From Betaproteobacteria bacterium (lineage in GTDB: Bacteria > Pseudomonadota > Gammaproteobacteria > Burkholderiales > SG8-41), in the NCBI GenBank assembly GCA_031404395.1, contig JANNHN010000210.1, positions 1 through 24,156 of the forward strand: a stretch of DNA of 24,156 nucleotides. The letters run 5' to 3'. Each line of letters starts with the position of its first letter. Within the stretch, counting starts at the first letter, position 1. Below, piece after piece: positions 1-10,828 of the stretch. A program made the translations under genes and the position numbers. The notes beneath the pieces are model-generated. The model had not been told where the DNA came from. It saw only the letters and a program-made list of their open reading frames with translations, and did not search any database.

Positions 1-626
1 AGCCAGAACCAGCCGAACAGCCCGGCCCCGCTTTGCTGGGCCCTGACGATGTCGGCAAGATTCAGGCTTTGCGCCGCCATCAGCACGCCGACCAGCGAGA
101 AACCCATGGCGATTTCATACGACACGATCTGCGCTGCCGAACGCAGGCTGCCGAGAAACGCGTATTTGGAATTGGACGCCCAACCGGCAATGATGATGCC
201 GTAAACGCCGAGCGAGGTCATCGCCATCAGGTAGAGCAGGCCGGCGTCGATATTCGACAGGATCAGTTCCGGCGAAAACGGAATCACCGCCCAGGCGGCC
301 AGCGCCGGCGCCAGCGCCATGACCGGGGCAAGCACGAACAGGAACTTGTTCGAGCCGGTCGGGATGATGACTTCCTTGACCAGCAGTTTGAGGCCGTCGG
401 CGATGGGTTGCGCCCAGCCGCCCAGCCAGGAAATGCCGAAAAAAGTCGTGCGGTTCGGGCCGATGCGGATCTGCATGAAACCGATCATCTTGCGTTCCCA
501 CAGCGTCAGGTAGGCCACGCACAGCATCAGCGGCACAACGATCAGCATGATCTTCACCAGCGTCCACACCACCGGCCACAGCGGGCCGAGCAATGTTTGC
601 GGATAGGCGAGCAGCGTATCGAGCAT
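1..626 (-). CDS. nuoH: NADH-quinone oxidoreductase subunit H (N-terminal part; runs off the window edge)
   Basis: Manual minus-strand translation from the ATG at 626, which overlaps the nuoG stop as TAATG: [59 protein letters not shown]...[13 protein letters not shown]...[24 protein letters not shown]. These are NuoH/ND1 signature motifs at the expected operon position. Confidence 0.97.
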   Translation of the reverse strand, partial: MLDTLLAYPQTLLGPLWPVVWTLVKIMLIVVPLMLCVAYLTLWERKMIGFMQIRIGPNRTTFFGISWLGGWAQPIADGLKLLVKEVIIPTGSNKFLFVLAPVMALAPALAAWAVIPFSPELILSNIDAGLLYLMAMTSLGVYGIIIAGWASNSKYAFLGSLRSAAQIVSYEIAMGFSLVGVLMAAQSLNLADIVRAQQSGAGLFGWFW

Positions 627-2995
627 TACGCGGTCGCCTTCTGTGTCTGAGCGACGCGTTCGACCGTCAGCGGCGCGGCAGCAGCACCGAGCTCTGCGGT
701 TTCCGGACACGCTGCGGCAAGACGCACGCAACCGGCGGGCAGTTTGTCGTCGATGGCGTAGGGCACGGTCGCCTCACCGCCGTCCTGCATCACGCGCACA
801 AAATCGCCGTCGCGCAATGCCAGTTGATCGGCCAGCACGCGATTCATCGTTGCTGTCGGTGGCTGCGCGTCGCGGGTTTTTTGCAGGCCGGGCGCGCGGC
901 GCGCCAGCGCATCGGCGGCGTAGATCGGCGTTTCTGCAATCCGCGCAACACCGCTGCCGGCAATGGACAGCGTGCCGAGATTATTATTTAACTCATTGTT
1001 TTTATTGAATATTTCAGTCTTGCCATGGAGTGCTTCGCGCTGCGCATCATCAGCACCATCGTGCTCGAAGCCGGCGACACCGAGCAGATTGCCCAGCACA
1101 CGCAGCACTTTCCACGCCGGGCGCGTCTCACCCAGCGGCTGCACCACGCCGGCGAAAGTCTGCACGCGGCCTTCGGTGCTGATGAACGTGCCTGCGGTTT
1201 CGCTAAACGGCGCAATCGGCAGCAGCACATGCGCATATTCAGTGGCGCGATGTTGGAACGGGCTCAGCGCAACCACGAGCTCTGCCTGTTTCAGCGCCGC
1301 CATCGCCTGCCGCGGGTTATACATGTCGAGTTCCGGCTCGACGCCGAGCAGCAGGTACGCCTTCAGCGGCGTTTCCATCATCTGCCGCGCGTTTTTGCCT
1401 GTGATCTTGCCGGTGGGCACACAGCCGGCGACATAACCGCCGACGCTGTTGGCCGCTTCGCCGAGAAAACCGAACGGGCAACCGAGTACTGCTCCCAGCG
1501 CCTGTGCCAGCGCATGCAATTCACCGGCGGCCGGATGCTGCTGTGCGAAGTCGCCGAGAAACACGCCTGGCTGTTTACCGGCAACGAGGCTGGCGGCAAT
1601 GCGCTGCGCTGCGTCGCTGACCACAACAGCGGCCACTGCCGCGCGCACCGCCTCCGGTACCGCGACATTTTTCAGTTCTGCGGCTGCTTTCACTACCTGT
1701 GCCAGCGTCTGCGGCAGCAGTCTTGGCGCGACGATGGCCTTGTTGGCGACGCGCATCAGCAGATCATCATCGACCGCATGAATCAGGTTGAGTTCGGTGC
1801 GTTTTTTTGTGGACTGGCGCAACCGGTGCGCAAGCAGCGGATGATCCTTGCGCAACGTCGAGCCGATCACCAGCACGCGGTCCAGCGTGCCGATATCGGC
1901 GATGTTCATGCCCAGCCACGGGATACCGGCGAGCTTGCCGTCACCGCTGAAATCCGCCTGGCGCAGCCGGAAATCAACGTTGCCTGAACCAAAGCCCCGC
2001 AGCAGTTTCTGCAGCAGGTGCATTTCTTCCAGCGTCTGATGCGGCGTCGCCAGCGCGCCAACAGCGGCCGCGCCATGCGCGCCCTTGATACGCTGCAGTT
2101 CTTTGGCAATGAACTCCAGCGCTACCGGCCAGTCCACTTCCTGCCACGCCGCGCCCTTGCGCAGCATCGGCTTGGGCATGCGGGTTTCCGCATTCAGCGC
2201 TTCATACGAAAACCGGTCCTTGTCCGACAACCAGCACTCATTGACGGCTTCGTTGTCGCGCGGCAGCACGCGCATCACGCGGTTCTGCTTCACCTGCACC
2301 GTCAGATTGGAACCGAGGCCGCAGTGCGGGCTGATCGAAGGCTTGCGCGTCAGCTCCCAGGTGCGGGCGCTGTAGCGGAACGGTTTCGATGTCAGCGCAC
2401 CGACCGGGCACAAGTCGATGGCGTTACCCGACAGCTCCGAATCGACGGTCTTGCCGACAAAAGTGATGATTTCAACATGCTCGCCGCGGCCGATCATGCC
2501 CAATTCCATGATGCCGGCGATTTCCTGACCGAAGCGCACGCAACGCGTGCAGTGGATACAGCGCGTCATATCGGTGGAAATCAGCGGGCCGAGATTCTTG
2601 TTGTTCACCACGCGCTTGTCTTCTTCGTATTGCGAGCCGCTGCCGCCGTAACCCACCGCCAGATCCTGCAACTGGCATTCGCCGCCCTGATCGCAGATCG
2701 GGCAATCGAGCGGATGGTTGATCAGCAGGAACTCCATGACGCCCTTCTGCGCGTTGACCGCTGCATCCGAATGCGTCCACACCTTCATGCCGTTGGTCAC
2801 CGGCGTCGCGCAGGCCGGCAGCGGTTTCGGTGCCTTCTCGACCTGCACCAGGCACATGCGGCAGTTCGCGGCGATCGACAGTTTCTTGTGATAGCAGAAG
2901 TGCGGCACAAAAATGCCGGCCTGATGCGCGGCGTCCATGACCGTGCTGCCCTCAGCCACTTCCATCAACTTGCCGTCCAACTCAATTTCTAGCAT
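626..2995 (-). CDS. nuoG: NADH-quinone oxidoreductase subunit G
   Basis: 789 aa. Fe-S motifs [29 protein letters not shown] and [11 protein letters not shown]; lies between nuoF and nuoH. Confidence 0.98.
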   Translation of the reverse strand: MLEIELDGKLMEVAEGSTVMDAAHQAGIFVPHFCYHKKLSIAANCRMCLVQVEKAPKPLPACATPVTNGMKVWTHSDAAVNAQKGVMEFLLINHPLDCPICDQGGECQLQDLAVGYGGSGSQYEEDKRVVNNKNLGPLISTDMTRCIHCTRCVRFGQEIAGIMELGMIGRGEHVEIITFVGKTVDSELSGNAIDLCPVGALTSKPFRYSARTWELTRKPSISPHCGLGSNLTVQVKQNRVMRVLPRDNEAVNECWLSDKDRFSYEALNAETRMPKPMLRKGAAWQEVDWPVALEFIAKELQRIKGAHGAAAVGALATPHQTLEEMHLLQKLLRGFGSGNVDFRLRQADFSGDGKLAGIPWLGMNIADIGTLDRVLVIGSTLRKDHPLLAHRLRQSTKKRTELNLIHAVDDDLLMRVANKAIVAPRLLPQTLAQVVKAAAELKNVAVPEAVRAAVAAVVVSDAAQRIAASLVAGKQPGVFLGDFAQQHPAAGELHALAQALGAVLGCPFGFLGEAANSVGGYVAGCVPTGKITGKNARQMMETPLKAYLLLGVEPELDMYNPRQAMAALKQAELVVALSPFQHRATEYAHVLLPIAPFSETAGTFISTEGRVQTFAGVVQPLGETRPAWKVLRVLGNLLGVAGFEHDGADDAQREALHGKTEIFNKNNELNNNLGTLSIAGSGVARIAETPIYAADALARRAPGLQKTRDAQPPTATMNRVLADQLALRDGDFVRVMQDGGEATVPYAIDDKLPAGCVRLAAACPETAELGAAAAPLTVERVAQTQKATA
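989..1001 (-). promoter_or_regulatory. IHF-like site embedded in the nuoG coding sequence
   Basis: Minus strand AAACAATGAGTTA matches WATCAANNNNTTR with one mismatch, inside a 35-nt stretch (980-1014) containing only 4 G/C. Confidence 0.35.
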
Positions 2996-3011
2996 GGCAC
3001 ATGCTCAATAA

Positions 3012-3075
3012 TCTCCCCTCTTCCATCGGGACAAGGGAACACTTGCCGCGAAGCAGAGGGGACGGGGGAGAGGGG
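3012..3075. repeat. REP-like palindromic element in the nuoF-nuoG spacer
   Basis: TCCCCTCT (3014-3021) pairs with AGAGGGGA (3055-3062); TCTCCCC (3012-3018) can alternatively pair with GGGGAGA (3065-3071). Resembles the CCCCTCTCCC...GGGAGAGGGG class of proteobacterial intergenic repeats. Confidence 0.55.
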
Positions 3076-3088
3076 CAATCGCATCGCG

Positions 3089-4402
3089 TTAGACATAGGG
3101 CGCGACCAGGCACTTCTTGTGGTCGATGTGATATTGGAATTCGTCACGGTAATGCTTGATGAACGCCCGCACCGGCATCGCTGCGGCATCCCCCAGCGCG
3201 CAGATCGTGCGGCCCTGGATGTTGTCGGCGACACGATTCAACTGGTCGAGGTCTTCGTTGCGGCCCTTGCCGTGCTCGATACGATCAACCATGCGGTAGA
3301 GCCAGCCGGTGCCCTCGCGGCAAGGGGTGCATTGACCGCAGGATTCCTCGTAATAGAAATAGGACAACCGCAGCAGCGACTTCACCATGCAGCGCGTCTC
3401 GTCCATGACGATCACCGCGCCGGAACCCAGCATTGATCCCGCCTTGGCAATCGAGTCATAGTCCATGTCGGTCGCCATCATGATGCTGGCCGGCAGCACC
3501 GGCATCGACGAGCCACCGGGAATCACCGCCTTGAGCTTGCGGCCATCACGCATGCCCCCCGCCATTTCCAGCAGCTTGGGGAACGGGGTGCCGAGCTTCA
3601 CCTCGAAGTTGCCGGGACGCGTCACGTCGCCCGACACCGAAAAAATCTTGGTGCCGCCGTTGTTCGGCTTGCCCATGTTGAGAAAAGCCTCGCCGCCGTT
3701 GATGATGATCCACGGCACAGCGGCAAAGGTTTCGGTATTGTTGATCGTCGTCGGCTTGCCGTAGAGGCCGTAGCTCGCCGGAAACGGCGGCTTGAAGCGC
3801 GGTTGACCCTTCTTGCCCTCGAGCGATTCCAGCAGCGCAGTTTCCTCGCCGCAGATGTAGGCGCCGAAGCCGTGGTGCCCGTGCAACTGGAACGAAAAAT
3901 CCGCGCCGAGGATTCTGTCGCCGAGGTAACCCGCGGCGCGCGCCTCGTCCAGCGCCTCTTCAAAACGTTCGACCACGTCCCACACCTCGCCGTGGATGTA
4001 GTTGTAACCCACGGTGATGCCCATGGCATAGCCGCCGATGATCATGCCTTCGATGAGGATGTGCGGGTTATAGCGCAGGATGTCGCGGTCCTTGAATGTG
4101 CCAGGCTCGCCTTCATCCGAATTGCACACCAGGTACTTCTGCCCCGGAAACTGCCGCGGCATGAAGCTCCATTTGAGCCCCGTCGGGAAGCCGGCTCCGC
4201 CGCGTCCGCGCAACGCGGATTTTTTCAGATCGTTGATGATCTGCTCGGGCGGAATTTTTTCGGCAATAATCTTCTTCAGCGCCGCATAACCGCCGCGCGC
4301 CTCGTAATCCTTCAGCCGCCAGTTAAGGCCGTTGACGCCCTTCATGATCAGGGCGTCCGGCCCGAACAGTTCGCCGGCAAAGGGCGGAATCGGCAGGCCC
4401 AT
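3089..4402 (-). CDS. nuoF: NADH-quinone oxidoreductase subunit F
   Basis: 437 aa. [43 protein letters not shown] and the N3 cluster motif [12 protein letters not shown]...TICALG. Confidence 0.98.
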   Translation of the reverse strand: MGLPIPPFAGELFGPDALIMKGVNGLNWRLKDYEARGGYAALKKIIAEKIPPEQIINDLKKSALRGRGGAGFPTGLKWSFMPRQFPGQKYLVCNSDEGEPGTFKDRDILRYNPHILIEGMIIGGYAMGITVGYNYIHGEVWDVVERFEEALDEARAAGYLGDRILGADFSFQLHGHHGFGAYICGEETALLESLEGKKGQPRFKPPFPASYGLYGKPTTINNTETFAAVPWIIINGGEAFLNMGKPNNGGTKIFSVSGDVTRPGNFEVKLGTPFPKLLEMAGGMRDGRKLKAVIPGGSSMPVLPASIMMATDMDYDSIAKAGSMLGSGAVIVMDETRCMVKSLLRLSYFYYEESCGQCTPCREGTGWLYRMVDRIEHGKGRNEDLDQLNRVADNIQGRTICALGDAAAMPVRAFIKHYRDEFQYHIDHKKCLVAPYV

Positions 4403-4905
4403 TATCGGGAATCCCCTGACTTAAGCGTGCCGAGCAATTGATCAATTTTTTCCGGACTCATCGCACACAGCATCCGCTTGTTATTCTGCAGAATCACCGG
4501 TGCATCACCGCAGGCGCCCATACACTCGCCTTCCTTCAGCGTAAACCGGCCGTCAGGCGTGGTTTCACCGAAGCCGATGCCCAATACTTTTTTCAGATGC
4601 TGCGCAGCGCCGGTCGCGCCCTGCAGCGCGCACGGCAGGTTGGTGCAGATCGTCAGTTTGTATTTGCCGACCGGTTTCAGGTCGTACATGGTGTAGAACG
4701 TCGCCACTTCGTACACCGCCACCGGCGCCATGCCGAGATATTGCGCGACAAAATTCATGGTTTCCGTTGATAACCAGCCCTTCTCGTCCTGGGCGATGGT
4801 CAGCGCCGCCATCACCGCGGACTGTTTTTCAGTCGGCGGATACTTGGCGACGGCCTTGTCGATCCTGGCCAGTGATTCAGGTGACAGCATCAGGGGGGCG
4901 TTCAC
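4402..4905 (-). CDS. nuoE: NADH-quinone oxidoreductase subunit E
   Basis: Real gene is the 3' part of ORF 4402..5262. Start is GTG 4905 (GTGA overlap with the nuoD stop) or ATG 4890. Motifs EVATFYTMY and CTNLPC...[10 protein letters not shown] (2Fe-2S). Confidence 0.96.
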   Translation of the reverse strand: MNAPLMLSPESLARIDKAVAKYPPTEKQSAVMAALTIAQDEKGWLSTETMNFVAQYLGMAPVAVYEVATFYTMYDLKPVGKYKLTICTNLPCALQGATGAAQHLKKVLGIGFGETTPDGRFTLKEGECMGACGDAPVILQNNKRMLCAMSPEKIDQLLGTLKSGDSR

Positions 4906-6155
4906 CGGTCGATCTCCCCGAACACGATGTCCTGCGTGCCGATGATCGCCACCACATCGGCGATCATGTGACCCCGCACCATTTCGTCCAGCGCCGCGAG
5001 ATGCGCAAAACCAGGTGCGCGGATTTTCAACCGGTACGGCTTGTTGGCGCCGTCGGATACCAGGTAAATGCCGAACTCGCCCTTGGGATGCTCCACTGCC
5101 GCATAAGCCTCGCCCGGCGGCACGTGCATGCCTTCGGTAAACAGCTTGAAGTGATGGATCAACTCTTCCATGTTGGTCTTCATCGCCACACGCGACGGCG
5201 GCGCCACCTTGTGGCTGTCGGCCATTACCGGGCCGGGATTCTTGCGCAGCCAGTCCACGCATTGCCGGACGATGCGATTCGACTGGCGCATTTCCTCAAT
5301 GCGCACCAGGTAGCGGTCGTAGCAGTCGCCGTTGACGCCCACCGGGATGTCGAATTCCATCCGGTCATACACTTCGTACGGTTGCTTCCTGCGCAGATCC
5401 CATTCGATGCCGGAACCGCGGAGCATCGCACCGGTGAATCCCAGCGACAATGCGCGCTCGGGTGAGACCACGCCGATACCCACTGTGCGCTGTTTCCAGA
5501 TGCGGTTGTCCGTCAGCAGCGTTTCGTATTCATCGACATACCCCGGAAAACGCCGGGTGAAGTCCTCGATGAAATCAAGCAGCGAGCCCTGGCGGTTTTC
5601 GTTCAATGTCCTGGTCGCCGCGGCGTTGTGGATGCGTGTAGCGGTGTACTGCGGCATGGTATCCGGCAGATCGCGATAAACCCCGCCCGGCCGATAGTAG
5701 GCTGCATGCATGCGCGCACCGGACACCGCCTCGTACATGTCGAACAGGTCTTCGCGCTCGCGGAAGCAATACAGGAATATCGTCATCGCGCCGATGTCCA
5801 GCCCGTGCGCCCCCAGCCACAGCAAGTGATTCAGCAACCGGGTAATTTCGTCGAATAGTACGCGGATGTACTGGGCGCGCTCGGGCACCTCGATCTCCAG
5901 CAGCTTCTCGATGGCCATCACGTAGGCATGTTCATTGGCCATCATCGATACGTAGTCCAGCCGGTCCATGTACGGCACCGACTGGAGGAAAGTTTTGTGT
6001 TCGGCGAGCTTTTCGGTCGCGCGGTGCAGCAGGCCAATGTGCGGATCGGCGCGCTCGATGACTTCGCCGTCGAGTTCCAGCACCAGGCGCAGCACGCCGT
6101 GGGCAGCCGGATGCTGGGGACCGAAGTTCATGGTGTAGTTCTTGATCTCAGCCAT
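4902..6155 (-). CDS. nuoD: NADH-quinone oxidoreductase subunit D
   Basis: 417 aa. [30 protein letters not shown] and C-terminal DIVFGEIDR. Confidence 0.98.
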   Translation of the reverse strand: MAEIKNYTMNFGPQHPAAHGVLRLVLELDGEVIERADPHIGLLHRATEKLAEHKTFLQSVPYMDRLDYVSMMANEHAYVMAIEKLLEIEVPERAQYIRVLFDEITRLLNHLLWLGAHGLDIGAMTIFLYCFREREDLFDMYEAVSGARMHAAYYRPGGVYRDLPDTMPQYTATRIHNAAATRTLNENRQGSLLDFIEDFTRRFPGYVDEYETLLTDNRIWKQRTVGIGVVSPERALSLGFTGAMLRGSGIEWDLRRKQPYEVYDRMEFDIPVGVNGDCYDRYLVRIEEMRQSNRIVRQCVDWLRKNPGPVMADSHKVAPPSRVAMKTNMEELIHHFKLFTEGMHVPPGEAYAAVEHPKGEFGIYLVSDGANKPYRLKIRAPGFAHLAALDEMVRGHMIADVVAIIGTQDIVFGEIDR

Positions 6156-6158
6156 GGA

Positions 6159-6773
6159 TCAACCCTTGCGGAACCCTTCGCTGTCCGCGTAATGCTCTTC
6201 GCGGACGATGCGCGGCGTGATCACGCGCGGCTCGATGGTGACCGGCTGGTAAATGACGCGTTGCTGATCGGGGTCGTAGCGCATTTCGACGTTGCCCGAC
6301 AGTGGAAAATCCTTGCGGAACGGATGACCAACAAAACCGTAATCGGTCAACAGGCGGCGCAGATCCGGATGCCCGGTGAACATGATGCCGTAGAGGTCAA
6401 ACGCTTCGCGCTCGTACCAGTTCGCCGATGACCACAGCCCGATCATCGACGCCACCACCGGAAAATCATCGTTCGGCGCAAACACGCGCAGCCGCACGCG
6501 CCAGTTGTGAGTAATGCTCAGCAGGTGGTAGACGACGGCAAAACGCGCGCCCTGCCAGGCGCCTTCACCATGATCGCTGTAATCCATCCCGCAAAGATCG
6601 ACCAGTTGCTCGAACCGCAGCGCCGCATCGTCGCGCAGGAACGCGCCGGCCGCCAGCAGGTGTTCGGCATTGACGACGACGGTCACTTCGCCCAGCGCCG
6701 TGTTGGCGCTGACCAGTTTGTCGCCGAGCGCGGTCTGCAGCGCGGCGGTCAGGATTTCGAGTCGATTGGCCAT
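6159..6773 (-). CDS. nuoC: NADH-quinone oxidoreductase subunit C
   Basis: [41 protein letters not shown] motif. Start placed at ATG 6773 (MANRLE) so it does not overlap nuoB. Confidence 0.96.
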   Translation of the reverse strand: MANRLEILTAALQTALGDKLVSANTALGEVTVVVNAEHLLAAGAFLRDDAALRFEQLVDLCGMDYSDHGEGAWQGARFAVVYHLLSITHNWRVRLRVFAPNDDFPVVASMIGLWSSANWYEREAFDLYGIMFTGHPDLRRLLTDYGFVGHPFRKDFPLSGNVEMRYDPDQQRVIYQPVTIEPRVITPRIVREEHYADSEGFRKG

Positions 6774-6783
6774 GAAATTCCGG

Positions 6784-7275
6784 TCAGCGGGCAATCGTAT
6801 TGGTACGCTTGATCTTGTTCTGCAACTGGATGATGCCGTAGAGCAGCGCTTCCGCGGTCGGCGGACAGCCCGGCACGTAGATATCCACCGGCACGATGCG
6901 GTCGCAGCCGCGCACCACCGAATACGAATAATGGTAATAACCGCCGCCGTTGGCGCAGGAACCCATCGAAATCACCCAGCGCGGCTCGGCCATCTGGTCA
7001 TAGACCTTGCGCAGCGCCGGCGCCATCTTGTTGCACAGCGTGCCGGCAACAATCATCACGTCGGACTGGCGGGGGCTGGGGCGGAATACGATGCCGAAGC
7101 GGTCAAGATCGTAGCGCGAGGCACCGGCATGCATCATTTCCACGGCGCAGCAGGCAAGGCCGAAAGTCATCGGCCACAGTGAGCCGGTGCGCGTCCAGTT
7201 GACCAGCGAATCGACCGACGTGGTGATGAAGCCCCTGTCGTTGAGATTCTCGCTGATGGTTTCGATGGCGCCCAT
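6784..7275 (-). CDS. nuoB: NADH-quinone oxidoreductase subunit B
   Basis: [21 protein letters not shown] and [10 protein letters not shown] (N2 cluster ligands). Confidence 0.98.
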   Translation of the reverse strand: MGAIETISENLNDRGFITTSVDSLVNWTRTGSLWPMTFGLACCAVEMMHAGASRYDLDRFGIVFRPSPRQSDVMIVAGTLCNKMAPALRKVYDQMAEPRWVISMGSCANGGGYYHYSYSVVRGCDRIVPVDIYVPGCPPTAEALLYGIIQLQNKIKRTNTIAR

Positions 7276-7289
7276 GAGTTACCTCTTTC

Positions 7290-7658
7290 TCATTCCCATT
7301 CCAGCGCCCCTTTTTTCCACTCATAGACAAAGCCCACGACCAGAATGGCGAGAAAAAGCATCATGGAAAAGAACCCGAACAGGCCGATTTCCTGCAACAC
7401 CACGGCCCACGGAAACAGGAATGCAATTTCAAGATCGAACAGGATGAACAGGATGGCAACGAGGTAATAACGTACGTCAAAGCGCATGCGTGCGTCTTCG
7501 AAGGCCTCGAAGCCGCATTCGTAGGGTGACAATTTCTGCTGATCGGGACGATGCGACCCGACGACGCGGCTGACGATCCAGCCTGCGGCAATCGGCGCGA
7601 CGCCAAAGGCCAGGCCGACGGCGATGAACATCAGAATCGGAAAGTAACCTTCCAGCAT
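7290..7658 (-). CDS. nuoA: NADH-quinone oxidoreductase subunit A
   Basis: [29 protein letters not shown] and [11 protein letters not shown]. Start placed at ATG 7658 (MLEGYFPIL). Confidence 0.97.
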   Translation of the reverse strand: MLEGYFPILMFIAVGLAFGVAPIAAGWIVSRVVGSHRPDQQKLSPYECGFEAFEDARMRFDVRYYLVAILFILFDLEIAFLFPWAVVLQEIGLFGFFSMMLFLAILVVGFVYEWKKGALEWE

Positions 7659-7751
7659 CTGTTGCCTTTTGCGACATTTTCTGAACACCTTGCAGCCCGA
7701 CTTGCCGGCCGCCCCTGCACTGCCCCCTGCACCACTGTCCCGCTGTCAGCC

Positions 7752-7836
7752 TGGTGTCGACGGAGAGACTCGAACTCTCACGGCTTTCGCCACCGCCCCC
7801 TCAAGACGGCGTGTCTACCAATTCCACCACGTCGAC
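7752..7836 (-). tRNA. tRNA-Leu (anticodon GAG)
   Basis: 85-nt minus-strand sequence GTCGACGTGGTGGAATTGGTAGACACG-CCGTC-TTGAGGG-GGCGG-TGGCGAAAGCCG-TGAGAGTTCGAGTCTCTC-CGTCGACACCA. It has a 7-bp acceptor stem, GAG anticodon, long variable arm, TTCGA loop and encoded CCA, at the conserved secG-nuoA position. Confidence 0.97.
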
Positions 7837-7912
7837 ATGACCTGCAGCGGGCCGAAGAACAGATTCCGTGCGATCTGTTTCCGGTTAACTCTGTACCCTT
7901 ATTCCGGTACAT

Positions 7913-8317
7913 CTACTTCGGCACGCCTCCCGCCTGCGATCCGCCATCCGGCACCGGCACGATCGGCAGGACAGGCACCGGCACTGCGGACGCCGGGAGT
8001 TGTGTCGGCGGCGTCGGTATCTGCGACGGTAACGACTGCGACGGCGCTTGCTCGACCGGTTGCGTCATGACGCCCCGGTTATCGCCCTTTTTGCCGGACA
8101 CCACGGTCAAGCCGATGCTCGACACGAAAAAGATCGCAGCAAGAACTGCCGTCGTCCGACTGAGAAAATTCGCCGATCCGGCCGAACCGAACATGCTGCC
8201 CGACGAGCCGCCGCCGAACGCAGCGCCCATGTCGGCGCCCTTGCCATGCTGCAACAGCACCAGGCCGATAATGCCCAGCGCTGCAGCGACGTGTATTACC
8301 AGTATCAGAACTTCCAT
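7913..8317 (-). CDS. secG: Preprotein translocase subunit SecG
   Basis: From ATG 8317: MEVLILVIHV...VLLQHGKGADMGAAFGGGSSGSMFGSAGSANFLSRTTAVLA, followed by a Pro-rich tail; downstream of tpiA. Confidence 0.96.
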   Translation of the reverse strand: MEVLILVIHVAAALGIIGLVLLQHGKGADMGAAFGGGSSGSMFGSAGSANFLSRTTAVLAAIFFVSSIGLTVVSGKKGDNRGVMTQPVEQAPSQSLPSQIPTPPTQLPASAVPVPVLPIVPVPDGGSQAGGVPK

Positions 8318-8336
8318 GTTGATTTCACCTTGCTTT

Positions 8337-9098
8337 TCAAACCTGCTTCGTTCCCGCCGCCGCGCGGCAAATCGCTGTGAACTCTTCCGCAACCAACGAC
8401 GCACCACCGATCAGTCCGCCGTCGATATCGGGCATGGCAAACAACTGCACGGCATTTGCCGCCTTCACGCTGCCGCCATACACAATCCGCACCGCATCGC
8501 CCACCGCCCGGTCCGTAACACGTCCACGGATAAACGCATGTACCGCCTGCGCTTCTTCCGGTGAAGCGGTTTTGCCGGTGCCAATCGCCCACACCGGCTC
8601 GTAGGCAATCACCGCATCACGCAGCGCCGCCACACCACACCGCTGCACCACCGCATCCAGCTGGCGGGCCACGACGCACTCGGTTGCCCCCGCCTCGCGC
8701 TCCGCCAGTGTTTCACCGACGCACAGCACCGGCTGCAAACCGGCCTGCTGTGCCGCCGCAAACTTCTCTGCCACCAGCACATCCGTCTCGCCGAACAAGG
8801 TACGGCGCTCCGAATGTCCGACCAGCACCCACGCACATCCGCAATCGCGCAACATCGCGGCAGACACACCGCCGGTATAGGCGCCGTTACCGTGCTGACA
8901 CAGATCCTGTCCGCCCAGAGTCACGCTGGAACCCTGCAACAGGCGCTGCACCTGGAACAGATACGTATAAGGCGGGCAAACCGCGCAATCCACCCCGGAA
9001 ATCTTTGTCAGGGCAGGAACCAAAACCCGCAGCAGTGCCTCGTTAGACGCGAAACTGCCGTTCATTTTCCAGTTGCCCGCGACGAACTTGACCCGCAT
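8337..9098 (-). CDS. tpiA: Triosephosphate isomerase
   Basis: [26 protein letters not shown] and [12 protein letters not shown]. Start placed at ATG 9098. Confidence 0.98.
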   Translation of the reverse strand: MRVKFVAGNWKMNGSFASNEALLRVLVPALTKISGVDCAVCPPYTYLFQVQRLLQGSSVTLGGQDLCQHGNGAYTGGVSAAMLRDCGCAWVLVGHSERRTLFGETDVLVAEKFAAAQQAGLQPVLCVGETLAEREAGATECVVARQLDAVVQRCGVAALRDAVIAYEPVWAIGTGKTASPEEAQAVHAFIRGRVTDRAVGDAVRIVYGGSVKAANAVQLFAMPDIDGGLIGGASLVAEEFTAICRAAAGTKQV

Positions 9099-9125
9099 CA
9101 CTGATCCGATTTCCAAAACCGTTGA

Positions 9126-9154
9126 ATTTTACCGGCTGCGCTCCCCCCGGTCAA
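9126..9154 (-). promoter_or_regulatory. Sigma70 promoter of tpiA(-secG-tRNA)
   Basis: Minus strand TTGACC (9154-9149), 17-nt spacer, TAAAAT (9131-9126); about 28 nt upstream of the tpiA ATG. Confidence 0.75.
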
Positions 9155-9217
9155 TTTGGATGCGTGCATGCTGCAGCGCGAAAACCTGATGAATTTGAAC
9201 GATTTTTCCGGGGATTC

Positions 9218-9751
9218 TCAATCAGGCATCGCGGCACAGATGCGCTGCACAACGGCAGGCTTGGGCAAATCCACATAAAGGTCTTCGAAAGCCAAAACCT
9301 GCATCGCCCCGACCCGCTCCAGCAGTTCGCCACGCCGCAGCAGGAAATCCGGGTTGGCCGGACGTCCGTACGCCTCATTACCCTCGGCAAACGTTTCGTA
9401 AATCAGCAAGCCGCCGGGGGCTATGGCGGCAATCAGGGCGGGAAACAGCGGCCGGTGCAGATAATTGGTGACGACCACCGCAGCAAACTGCCGGCCGGCA
9501 TAGGGCCAGGGGCCGCCTTCGATATCGGCACACCGCGCGACAACCCCGGGCACGACGGCCAGCGCTGCAATCGCTGCCGCATCACGATCGACTGCATCAA
9601 CCGGGTGTCCGCGCGCCGCGAAAAACCGCGCATGACGGCCACTGCCACAGGCCACATCCAGTATGGCGCCCCCTGCAGGCACACGCTCCGCCCACTGCAC
9701 GACCCACGCCGACGGGATATCCAGCGCAGCGTGGTTGCCTGATCCGGCCAT
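9218..9751 (-). CDS. Class I SAM-dependent methyltransferase
   Basis: Motif I LDVACGSGRH, motif II AVDRD, VVVTNYLHR and GGLLIYETF. Start is ATG 9751 or 9763. Confidence 0.85.
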   Translation of the reverse strand: MAGSGNHAALDIPSAWVVQWAERVPAGGAILDVACGSGRHARFFAARGHPVDAVDRDAAAIAALAVVPGVVARCADIEGGPWPYAGRQFAAVVVTNYLHRPLFPALIAAIAPGGLLIYETFAEGNEAYGRPANPDFLLRRGELLERVGAMQVLAFEDLYVDLPKPAVVQRICAAMPD

Positions 9752-9774
9752 GCGCTGATGCACCCGTGTCGCCG

Positions 9775-10551
9775 TCAGGCCTGCTTCATACCCAGCACGC
9801 TGAAATACGCGTGGCTGCGTGTGGATACCCGGCGATGGCGCAATTCCACCGGTGTCCCGTCATAGGTGTATGCGACGCGTTCAATGGCGAGTACCGCCTC
9901 GCCCGCAGCGATCCCCAGCGCAGCAGCGAGTTTGCTGTCGGCATTGACCGCACGCACCCATTCCTCCACGCGGGTCACCGTGATGCCGAAACGCGTCTGG
10001 TAATAACCAAAGATGGTCATGCCGCGACGGCGAAACGCGGCCTCACGCAAATCAGGGAACACCGCTTGCGGCACCACCATCCGGTCAAAGATAACGGATT
10101 GATCCTGCAGAAACAGCAGGTTTTCAATGCGATACACCGGCGCGCCTCGCATAAGCTGCAGTCGCTGCGCCACGACAGCATCGGCCTTGCCGCGCCGGAA
10201 TGAGATGAGGCGGGTCTCCGGAAATTCCTTGCGCCCGGCGTCGTCAACGATGCGGAAATACGTATCCAGCATGTAATCCCGATTGCGGCTCGCGACAAAT
10301 GTCCCGCGCCCGCGCCGGCGCACCAGCACGCGCTCCGCAACCAGCTCACCGATGGCCTTGCGCACGGTACCCACGCTCACCGCGTAACGCCGCGCGAACT
10401 GGGATTCAGTCGGGATCGCGGCGCCCTGCGGCCACTCGCCCTCCATCAAGCTGCGCGTGATGCGTTTCTTGACCTCGGCGTACAGCGGGCCAGGCAATAC
10501 GCCGCCGGGATCCAGCGTCTCGTCCGCAGTGACTGCTAAATTATCCGGCAT
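9775..10551 (-). CDS. GntR-family (HutC/UTRA subfamily) transcriptional regulator
   Basis: wHTH PLYAEVK...IPTESQFARRYAVSVGTVRKAIGELV...RRRGRGTFV and a UTRA-like C-terminus (LAIERVAYTYDGTPVE). Divergent from the mutase operon. Confidence 0.92.
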   Translation of the reverse strand: MPDNLAVTADETLDPGGVLPGPLYAEVKKRITRSLMEGEWPQGAAIPTESQFARRYAVSVGTVRKAIGELVAERVLVRRRGRGTFVASRNRDYMLDTYFRIVDDAGRKEFPETRLISFRRGKADAVVAQRLQLMRGAPVYRIENLLFLQDQSVIFDRMVVPQAVFPDLREAAFRRRGMTIFGYYQTRFGITVTRVEEWVRAVNADSKLAAALGIAAGEAVLAIERVAYTYDGTPVELRHRRVSTRSHAYFSVLGMKQA

Positions 10552-10731
10552 GAGCCCTGTTGTTCATCGGGGTGGCATGAAAGTGGAATTGCATGAAACA
10601 GGCGGCGCCTCATGGCGCCAACCGGGCGCTTGTTGGTCTGGCAATCAATATATCAGGCGGCACACCAGACACCGCCGTATCTCCGGATCTTGCCGGGTTC
10701 TGGAGTCAGGCGTCGTAAAATAATTTATATT

Positions 10732-10744
10732 AATCAACAAGTTA
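10732..10744 (+). promoter_or_regulatory. Putative IHF binding site
   Basis: AATCAACAAGTTA is a perfect match to WATCAANNNNTTR, with an AT tract (TAAAATAATTTATATT) on its 5' side, in the divergent intergenic region. Confidence 0.6.
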
Positions 10745-10828
10745 TAATAATTCATCCGCTACCCGCATCAGGCAATGATGAATAAAAAACCTGCCTGCAG
10801 TCAATCAATTCATATAGATGAGATAGCT

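Noticed and set aside
2230-2335. NuoG lacks three of the four N7 Fe-S cysteines (SPHCGLGS...WLSDKDRF)
   Set aside because: Loss of N7 is common in proteobacterial NuoG; not novel.
7913-8060. Pro-rich low-complexity SecG tail
   Set aside because: Variable low-complexity C-terminal tails are usual for betaproteobacterial SecG.
9115-9196. Near-repeat AAAACC-(GT/TGA)-TGAATTT upstream of tpiA
   Set aside because: One copy is explained by the -10 box; short, gapped and plausibly chance.
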